Assembly (NCBI GenBank): GCA_004431415.1
Contig: QPMI01000178.1
Location: 1 to 64,000, forward strand
DNA: 64,000 bases
DNA from: Cyanophora paradoxa CCMP329
Lineage: Eukaryota; Plantae; Glaucophyta
Reading direction: 5' to 3'
Shown: positions 35,582 through 45,500 of the stretch, in pieces
Numbering within the stretch: the stretch's first letter is position 1
Layout: each line of letters begins with the position of its first letter
Translations under genes and position numbers: made by a program
Notes under the pieces: model-generated
Databases searched by the model: none
The model's input: the letters and a program-made list of their open reading frames with translations, nothing else
What the model was told of the DNA's origin: nothing

Positions 35582-36677
35582 TCACTGCTTGGGGGCGGGG
35601 GTCCCGCCCTCGGGGGCGGCCTCGGGGCCGGGGGGGGCCGGGGCGCGGGCGAGGCGGAAGAGGCAGCGGGGGGCGCCCTGGGCGAGGGTCTCGGGCCGCT
35701 CGAAGCGTACCCCGTGGCGCTCGGGCGAGAGCGCCGAGAAGAACACCGCGTCGAACCCGCAGAAGAGCGGTACCAGCTGCGAACGAAGGGGGGGGGTACG
35801 GGGCGCCGGCGTCAGGGGGGCAGCAGGGGGGGGGGGGGCAGGGCGGACTTCCTCCGCGTCGTTCTCGCGGAAGTAGCTGTTGTAGAAGCACTTCGTCACG
35901 GTCGTCTCGTGCTGCACCGCCCTCCCCTCTGCGGCGCGGCGCAATTCAGAGAGGGGCGCCGGGCGCCGAGCCGCGGGGGCGGGCGGGGCGGGCGGGGGCG
36001 CGCCGGGCGTGCGCTGGGTGTCGTGGGCGACCTCGAAGGCCTTGCCCCAGTCCATCTCCATCGTCCGTGCCATGCTGATCGCCGCTGCGGGGGGCTCAGG
36101 CGGCGCGCGAGGCGGAAGAGAGAGCGCGCTGCGGGGCGGAGCGGAGCGGCGCGGCGGGGCGCGGGGCGGCGCGCACACTCCATGGGGTCGCGCGACATCC
36201 AGAGGCGGAACTTGACGAGCATCTGGGGGATCGCCTGGCCCTCGTCCCCGAGCGGGCGCCGGAGGACCTCCTTCGCCTCGTGCCGGTTCATGTTCATGTA
36301 GGGCAGGATCGCGCGGTAGCTCGCCAGCATCAGCGCGCTCTGCTGCAGCATCGCCATGCTCCGCTCGTCGGCCAGCGCGCCCCGCTTCGCCTCCACCAGC
36401 TCCGCGAAGTCCGTGGCGATCTTGCTGCGGGGCGGCGGCCGCGGCCGGCGGGGTGAGCCCCGCGGCCCTGCGTTCGCCGCGGCGCCGCGAGAGGAGCGCG
36501 CACGCACCCGCAGAGCTCCTTCTCGCGGCCGGCGAGCTGGTGGATCGTCCCAAAGTGCTGCTCCAGCTGCGCCAGGTTCTGCTTCAGGAAGTTCATCTCC
36601 AGCCACGCCGCCACGCCGCGGGCGGCCATGGTCGGGCGCTGCTCGCTGGAGGACGGCTCTTTCGCCTCGCCGCTCAT
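35582..36677 (-). CDS. L-2-amino-thiazoline-4-carboxylic acid hydrolase (ATC_hydrolase)-family protein
   Basis: C-terminal signature TVTKCFYNSYFRENDAEELVPLFCGFD...GVRFERPETLAQGAPRCLFRL after removal of four introns. ATG at 36677. Confidence 0.72.
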
Positions 36678-37945
36678 GCGCCTCAAGGCCGCTCCGCGCC
36701 AATGAGCGACGGGGCTCAGAGCCGCGGGGTTCGGCCGGGCGAGCGCTGCCACTGGGTGCGGCGCTACCGCGCGAGCTGCCCGCAGCGGCGCTCGCGCACA
36801 GCGCTGCGCCGTGTGCGTGCGCCGTGCGAGCATCGATAGCGTCTGCGTGTTCCTGCTGCCCGCTCTGATAGCAGCGTTCGCTTGCTAAAGTAGCTTGTAG
36901 CTTCGCTGCTTCTGCGTGTTTCCGGCGCGGTCTTGCGCGGGGGGTACAAGTCTGAGCGAGCGGGTACAACAAGCCTCGAGCTCAGTTTCCAAGAATGAAT
37001 TCGAATTGTTTGTGATTCATTCTTTTTTTCATCTGAGCGCGCTTGCCCCCCACGAGCTCGGCGAGCGGCGAGCGCGATCTCGCGAACTCGAGCTCATATC
37101 GTATATATAATTCGTATTCCAATCTCCGATCGCGACCGATCGAAACTTTCTCTGCCAAGTTTGGGGGTGCTCATGTCAGCCTCATGATACAGCGTCTGCG
37201 CATGCGAGGCGTCTGCGCATGCGCCGCGGCGCATGCGAGGCACAGCGAGCTCGCGCGCGATATCGATCGATCACGAATCATGATCACGACTCGGCGATCA
37301 TCCGATCGCGATGATCGGATCGCCCACGAAGTTCCCCGTAGATTCTGGGCCGAATGACTCTGGACCACTGGCTGGGCCAACATTAGGCTAGGCCCTAGCT
37401 ATATATATATAGCCTGCGCAGTGCGCATACAGTACAAGCTTAAGTCTGCACGCTTTTGAAGCTCTAGCCTCTTAGCTGCCTATAGCTGTGCATTGCGCAT
37501 TGCGCACGTGATCATGCATATTTTAAGATATATGAGCTTCCAATTCTCAGAGTCTCAGAATCTGAGCTGAGCGAGGCTCAGCGTCGAGTCAGCGACCTCA
37601 TATACGCATGTACTGATCATCATGGCATGAGTCAGCCGCTCGCGAGTCGCGATCGCGATATGAGCCTGAGAATCAGTTTTTGTTTCCTGAATCAATTATC
37701 TGCTTCCCGGAGACCGTCGCGGCCCGGCGGGGGTAACGTCCCCGGGACGCTACTGCAGTTTAATTTGCAGTTGCGAAGCCTTGAACTGCAGGCTTGAAGG
37801 CCTAGGCCTGCCACAGGCTAAGCGCGCGCACTGCGGCAGCAGCTGTCGCCAGCTTGTTGGGCAAGAGCACGTAGTCGCGCGCTGATCCTCAGAACTTCGG
37901 AACTAGTGTGCGCGCGCGGGCGGCTGTCGAACCAGCGAGCGCACC

Positions 37946-40900
37946 ATGGCCAGCGCTAGCATTCCTAGCGCCGGCAAATCGCTGTGCTGCGCCGCGGAGC
38001 TGTACGCGAAGACGAAGGAAGGGCCCTCCAAGAGCGTCTGCGCCATCACCGAAGACAAGAAGATCGAAGAGAAGTGCTGCGGAGTCTATCAGGTTCGTGA
38101 TTATAAGCGCGCGCCCAGTATAAGGGCGCGCGCATATCTTTAATTTAGGTCCTGAGGCACTTGACTGAGTGCACGCGAACGTCGAACAACGCCAGGTGAA
38201 AGAGGAGTGGCGTTCGTGGGCATGCTCTGGCGTCGACGGCCAGGGCGACACCCGCGGTTACTGCCGCTTCTATGAGGGCGCCGAGGTATGCACGCGCGCA
38301 CGCGCGCGCGGATCATCGGATTGCGCGCGCGTGCCCCGTCTGCGCGCACTCTTGTGCTTAACAGATAGACGGCCCGGCAGAACCCGTGGCAGTGCTGGGG
38401 GGCGGACATCGTCGTCGGTGGCGGCTATGTCACTACAACTGTCCTTGTCGTCGTTTTCGTATACTTTTTCATCGCTCTCTGGTAATTATAAGCGGCGCTG
38501 CGGCCCGGGCCTTGTCGACGTTCCATCCCCGCACATCACGTGTTTCTGATCATGAGTCTCGTTCTTTTCAGCGCAAGCATCACTTGCTTGTGTCGTTACC
38601 AAAAGAAGGGCTACGTCGGAAAAGGAGAGCAGAAGCCCGCGGGCTGGCTTCTTTTCCAGATCTTTTGCTTCGTTCCAGTCTGCGGGGTGCGCGCATGCGC
38701 ATGTGACTGATTATTTGCAATTATATATATATAAATATAACACGCGCGTGTATGTGTACAGTTCTGGCTGGCCGAGTCCTTCTTCAAGGGTCGCATGGCT
38801 GGAAGAACTGGATCCAAGAAACCTGAGCGCAAGGTTCGCCAGGCTCATTTTAATTTTACAATGAAGTCTGATAAAATATATATATTGGGCGCCTCCAGAT
38901 ATTTGGCGATCCCGCACCATCGGCTGGGATTGTGCGCCATGGTATGTGCTCTCCATCAATATTTGCTGTAGTATGCTACATATTAATGCACGTATATTGC
39001 CGATGCGAACGCAGGGGAAATGCACTACTCGCGGGATCCTCGGACGTGTCTGTTCATGACTTCGCACGTCTGGGATGACTCCGTCACAACCGACGACAAG
39101 AAGGCATTTGCGGCGAAGTTGAACCCGCCGCCAGTAGCGATGGAACCGCAGCCGAACTCGAATGCGGGACAAGATCTATCGGTGCAAGTGCAGAAGGCGC
39201 GCTTCATCTTCGACAAGATCGCTGCTCTTGGGGTGCAACGAACCACAAGCAAGATTGCGATGTCGCAGCAGAACACGAAGCTGCTCAACAAAGATAAATG
39301 GGTGTACCCTGACGTTCAGGACTTCCTTCGCTGTGCGGAATCAGTCGCCATTCAACTTGGATTCCAGGGCAGCGGCGTGTGGTTTGATGCCCAGGTCAGA
39401 TCGCATTTGATTCGATGAACCCCCTTTCGACTTAATCTAATCATAAAGCCTTCGAGCAGTCCAATGATCAGTCAAGTGCGACCGGAATTATGAACGAGGT
39501 TGTGGGTGGCTGGCAGGGTACGTGTACATGTTTCCCGTCGCCAATCGCCAGATTTTTGGGAGGCTCACGCATAAATCAAATATTGCAGGATACGCAAAAC
39601 GGCCTACTCTGCTCATGTACTTGTGCACGAGGCCAACTGCCACAATACTCAAACAGTGCATCGAGAGTGGGGCTTCCGCGAAGGAGTAAGCAATTTTAAT
39701 ATCGATATCGATTTCACGCGTTCAATTGAATTATGTCTGATCTCGGTTCATCGGTATCAGTATTTACGAAATCATCAAAGTAAAGAAACTAATTCCGAAT
39801 CGGTACGCTTGAAATGCTATTCCACTTTCAATTTCAATGTGTGATTCAATTTCTGGCTCGCAAACTTGAAGTTTGTGGATTGCGGCGGAAATCAAAGTGC
39901 AGCAGCTGCAGGAGACTTTAAAGACCTCGTCACGGCGCGACTTTCGCCTCCACAAGAACATTGTGTTCTCTTTCCTCTCAATGGCTCGCTTCTACGGCTG
40001 GGTGCGCTGTAATCTAGTCTTTGATTCACTCGTCTAGAAGCTTTACTTTGCGCCGCAGACGTATTCGCCAAAGCAAATGCTTCCGGCGATGATTGCTGTG
40101 CATCGATCGATGCAGGACTGCATCGAGAACTTCCCGTTGGTCGGTGACCTCCAAAGCGATCCGAACGAGAAGGACGGGATGCGGTTCGAGTTTTCCGTCC
40201 GGACCAACCTCATCTCTAAAGGCGCCCACGAGAGCTTGTCGGGCGCCGCTGCTGCTCTCCGCCGATACGATTGCACCGTCGCGGTCGATCGGTAAGCACT
40301 CTCGAAAAACATTTCCTTTTATTAATTAATATTAGTACATACTATGACATCATTACTCATACATTCGCGGCTCAGCTTCAAGATTTATAACCTGGCCAAG
40401 ACGCAGCACTGGATTCCAACGAAAACTTTGGAGGGCGATGCGAAGTCGATCCGATCGGCAGCTAAGAAGCTGGAAGTGATGTCCGTGGATGAGATACAGG
40501 AGCTCGTCGAGCAGGAGCTCGCGCTCGACATGAAGATTGACAGTGCCACTGCGCTAGCGGTGGGCGTTATTGCCCGTGCAAAGGTGAGGGAGTGCGACGA
40601 ATTGGAAAACGCGGAGGCCATCGCCAAAGCCCAAAAGGAAAAATTCAACTACGAGGAGTTCGTCGTGTGCGTCTTGCATGGTTTTCAAACCTTCAATCTC
40701 CACGCATTTGTCTTCAGACTCGCACTGATGTGGACATTCTCGTGCAGTGACAAGTCGAACAAGTGGCGTATCTGTGCGGAGTTCTACTGCGAGTTCTGCT
40801 GCAAGCGCGGCACATGCGTCTGCTGCCACCGCGTCGGAGTTGCTGCGGAGCGGATGCAGACGGAACAGACTATGTCAGAGGTGCTTGATTATGACCTCGA

Positions 40901-41174
40901 TGCGAACGTCGCATGCGCATGCATGCATGCATATGGAAATAGTATTGAACGGTCTCGAGCAGGTCCTTTCTGGGATGGTACAGGTCTACGAGAAGTCCGC
41001 AAAGCCGATTGACATTGACATTCCAATGCATATGCCACATCCGCCTCCGCCTGCAGTCATCGATGTGCGTACCTCGTGTTCCGCGCCATATGCATGCTGA
41101 CATTCATCAACTGAATATATATGCATGCACCTCTGCAGCAAAATTCGAAGCAGATCGATATTGTGGTGAATTAA
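37946..41174 (+). CDS. Uncharacterised multi-exon membrane protein: Cys-rich N-terminus, 1-2 hydrophobic segments, candidate TIR-like domain, C-terminal Cys cluster
   Basis: A chain of about 15 exons joined by GT-AG introns stays phase-consistent from ATG 37946 to TAA 41172-41174. Hydrophobic segments TTTVLVVVFVYFFIAL and WLLFQIFCFVPVCGFWL; Cys cluster ICAEFYCEFCCKRGTCVCCH. Confidence 0.65.
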
Positions 41175-41400
41175 ACAACTGACCGTGAAGACCTCGATGC
41201 ACGCTTAGTCTGAATCAAGCCAAGTCTAGATCTGGCCAAGGTCGATGCGTGCTTAGTACTAGTCTATAGCTAGATCTAGCCAAGATCGATTAAATATCGA
41301 TCGTGAATCTGTTGCAATTGTAGCTTTATAGTCTGCTGGATTGTGAATGTATATTAAATATTTATGTACCGAAGCGACGCCCAATATATATATTGAAGCA

Positions 41401-41541
41401 CCTTAAGCTTCCTCGTCGACGTGGCTACCAACCTCGCCCGGCACGAAGTTTGAGCCCCAACTCTTCGACGGGGAGCTTTCTTAGCCTAGTAGGCCTGTTC
41501 GAATTCGAGGCCGCCGCGGCGATGTTCTCCACGCTCCGCCC

Positions 41542-41582
<41 letters not shown>

Positions 41583-41599
41583 TTCCTTAAGCTTCCTCG
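41401..41599. repeat. 15-bp direct repeat CCTTAAGCTTCCTCG flanking a ~170-bp segment that ends in a ~40-nt poly-C run
   Basis: Copies at 41401-41415 and 41585-41599; poly-C at ~41543-41582. Confidence 0.7.
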
Positions 41600-42572
41600 G
41601 GCGCTCCGGGATCCGCGCGCCGTGCACGTCCACTTCGACGACGTCACGCTGCCGGTCCTCTCCATCGATATCGCGGCCAAACCGGCAAGGCGCTCTGCGC
41701 GGGCCTCACCGTGGACGGGAAGAAGGCGGCGTATCCTGCCGCATCATCACCTCCAACGACACGGCGCTCACCCGCCACGCTCGCCCGCGCCCCCCCCCCC
41801 CCCCCCCCTTCTCCTCCTCCCCCCCCCCCCCACCCCCCTCTCCCGCCCCCGCCTCGGCGAACGCCGCGGCGAATGTCGGCGTGGCGGCGCGGCTCGAGCT
41901 CCTCACGCTCCTCGAGCGCGACCCCTCCGCCATCGATCTTTTGGCGGTGGCGGCGATCTTAAAGCTTTGAGGACGACGCAGCTGCGGCTTAGAGTCACGG
42001 CTCCCTCCGGACGCTGAGTCTAGTGTAAAACTAGGCAACCGGCTTCAATGCTGAAACTAGGCAGCTAGCGGCGGCGCTCGGGCCGTGACAGCTGGCTTTA
42101 CTTCCTAGGCCTCTGAGACCCCTTCCCCCCCCTTTTCCTTCCAATTTCACTCAGCCCGCGACGCGACCCCCCCCCCCCTTAGGGCTAAGGATAACAGCTC
42201 TTCAAGCTCTCCTACAATTTGGACAGATAGATCCTGGCTAGTTTAGTTACCAATCGCTTTTCTCCCCAGTCGATGACCTTTAATACGAACATTTCCCGGT
42301 TGGGCTTAATTAAGCTTTTGCAAAAAGAACTGAAATCCAAAGCTCCAGCTCCAGCTCGATAGAGCGAAAGGCGAAAAGCTAACGCTACACTGTCTCAGAG
42401 CGGCATTCGCTCGGAGGCCGATCAGAAGACTGCTACTCCTATAGCTAGGCTGTGCCTACGTTTGCGTCTAAGCTGTATTGGAGTCCGGAGCGGGCCGGGG
42501 TTCGTCATGCCCCTTGAACGCTCGCGAGCAACGAACCCCAGCCTAGCCAGAATGAAGCTTGAATTTTTATAA

Positions 42573-45500
42573 TTACAGGTTGACAGTAGTCCCGTTCGGA
42601 TTCCGCCCGTTGTGGAACGGGTCCGGGAAGGTCGCGACGGAGACCCGCTCTGGGCCTCCGTAGGCGTGGGCGGCGCCGGATCTCGAGCGCCGCCCCCGGC
42701 CGCCGCGCCCGATGCGGTAGTAGTTCCACGCCCAGATGCCGCCCACAAGCAGGAGCACCGCTCCCTGCGAAATCATGATCAGGCTACGAATTTCAACATT
42801 CTCGCTGGAATTCGAACTGCAGCTCAACGCACGAGGCCGAGCCCGATCCCAAGGCCGAGACCGACTTGGGAGGGGCCGCTCCCGCCAGATTGACTCTGGG
42901 CCGGCTGCGCCTGCGACCACGCCGAGAGGGCCGCCGGCGTGTTCGTCCATTGCACAAACTGCACGATCCGGAGAAAATTAAACCGGAATGTATTTAAGGC
43001 GTACGGGAAGTCAAAGAGAAAAGCGAGGGCGCACGTTTGAAATGAGGACCTGTTCGCCGTCCGCTTGCACGATGCGAAGGTCGTAGGTCGTTTCCGAAGC
43101 GAGCAGCAGAGCGCGGCCCGTGGCCGAGCCGGCCCCTGTGGCGCAGCCGGCGGGAGCGGCCGGCGGGAGCTCTGCTCGAAGGGCCGTGGCCGGTCAGCGC
43201 GAAGGCATCGACATGGTTTTGCGGGCAGAGTCCGCGCACGGAAGCAGAGGCCAGCCTCGCACAGGTTGACGTTCGTGGCAGGGTGTGCACAGACGGCCGC
43301 GCCGGTGGCGCGGTCGAAGGTGCCGACCATCACCTGCGAGAAGCCGTTCGAGTCAGGCTAGGCCCAGCTACAGGCGCCAATATGCCCGTTTGCCGTGAAC
43401 TCAAAGCGCACGCTGGTGGGGACGGCGGCAAAGGTGCCAGCCAAGGCGAAGTCGGTGCTGGAAGACGAGCCGGCGCCCGTCTGAGCAGCGAGGCGGCGCG
43501 GCGAGCGGCTTGCGCAGCTCCGGATCGCGCCAAGGAGCGTGCAGTTAAGGCCCGTGCGGTTCAAGTCCAGCTCCCCGGCTGCACACGGTTGAGCACGGTT
43601 TTACAGATGATGCTAAATAAGATCGACGTACCGGGTTTCCAGATGACGGCCTGCATGTGCCGGCCCAGGGTGCGGTGGGCGTGTCATGATCAGCGGGATC
43701 GAAGCGCATCAGACGATTGAGGGCGTGTTTGCCGCACGTTTTGGATGACGACGTTCGAGCCCGTCTGCGCGTCGGTGAGGCGGACGGCGTGCGCCGTGTT
43801 CGTCGCCAGGGCGAGCAGGTGCCGGCCGGCGCCGGACGCCGCAGGGCGCGCGAAGGGACTCGACGGAATCACTGCGCCGCGAAGTTAAATAGATTCGCGG
43901 GTACGTTTTTACGTGTGCGCAAGGCGGCGCTTACCAAAGCAGACGGAGCTCGAGGGGGCCTCGCTGCCCTCGGGAATAGGCGGCGAGAGGGAGGCTTCGG
44001 CGGTGATCGCGTCGGCGAACGCGCCTCCGCTGAACCGCCCGATCTCGACCTGGAGGGCCCGTACGCGTCAGCAATTCAAGCCGTCGGAAGATTATTGCTA
44101 ATCGCAAGCAAGCTTAAGCTCACGCGGGGAGCCGAATAGAAGGTGCCGGGGACGCAGGCGGTGCGGTCGGCAGCGGAGGCCATCGGAGGTAGGCTCTTGA
44201 GGGGCGCGTTCGCAACGAAAGATCCGTCCATGGCCGGCCGCCCGATGGCGTCAAAGTTCAGCTGGATGCCGACCGCTGCGGCGTAATGAAATTGAGCGCG
44301 ATCTGGTTCTATCCTGGAAGGCCGCAGGCCTAGGCCGCACCGGGTGTCGTAACCGTGACGGCAGTGCTCCGCGGGCTGCTCCCAAGCGTGTTGCTGCAGG
44401 TGGCCACAAGGCGATAAGGCGTCAGCGGCGCCAGCCCGTCCGCCATAAGAGACATCTCGGCGGCCCGCGACGGGGGCAAGCCGCTGGCGACCTCCGCGGC
44501 TGTCTCCGCCCCGTTCGCATCCGTCCCGAGCGAAAGCAGCGAGCACTGCGCCCGGCGCAACCCGCTCAGAACGCGTCCGTCGACGTCAACCTCGATTTCG
44601 GCCGCACCTTCGAGATTGGGATGGAAGAACTGGTGGAGATATCGTACGCCTCGTTCAGGGGTACAGCGAAGGCGATGGAGACGGAGCGGAAAGTCGTGCC
44701 CAGGACGCGGGGCGAAGTCGGCGCCGCGAGGCCTGCCGATTACCGCGGGGGCGTCCATGTCAGCGGCGCCGGCGCAGCGCTTGCCTCGCTGGCGGGGACA
44801 GCCGCACCGACAGGGCGTGGCTTGAACTGCATGGCCTGCGGAAATTGAGATCAGCTCCAGAAAAAGAGATGCACGTGCAACGCGCTCACTCCCTCGACCG
44901 TTGTGGACTCTCCCGTTGCCAGATCCTGAGTTACATAATCAGCCTCGAAAGCCCTTTCACCGATCGCAATCTGCAAATGCTTATAATTACCGTGGTTGTC
45001 ATTCCTGCATTTTGAAGCGAAACGTGAGATGAGAAACGATATAAATATTGCGCGAAGCAGCGCTAGCGCACCGAGCACAGCCCCGTTGTCAAAAACTGGG
45101 CCGGAGAGGGTCTGTAGAAGGCTGCGAGCTCGGGTGCCTTTGGGCACGAGATCTCCGGACGTCGGGAGGTCGTCCGGGATCTGGCTGGTGACCTCTCCGT
45201 TCGCGTTCTGTGCGGAAACGGAATCGATGTCAGGCGTGGAAGCAGTATCAGAGAGAGCTGCTAATGTTAACCGCACCGTGTGAACGTTGGCACTGAGCGT
45301 CACGCGCGCAGGAAAAGGTCAGAAGAAGGCCGCGGTTGATATATAAACAAGACAAGACAAGACAAGACAAGATAGAGTTCCGGATTAATATATATTGAAC
45401 GCACTCGGCCAGAACGTATGTGGACGAGACGACCTTTCCGCTGCGAGGGGCGCTGGAAGTGAGATCTCGAGCTCGAGCCCGAACAGGTCAAGGCAGGAAC

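Noticed and set aside
39588-39685. Alternative frame IRKTAYSAHVLVHEANCHNTQTVHREWGF, which also looks TIR-like
   Set aside because: It needs an indel upstream and breaks phase with later exons; the other frame splices cleanly to the stop.
37946-41174. MULE/SWIM or CxC transposase suggested by the Cys clusters and low GC
   Set aside because: No DDE motifs or terminal inverted repeats were found, and the phase-consistent model gives TM segments instead.
42179-42184. TTAGGG telomeric seed
   Set aside because: A single copy is expected by chance.
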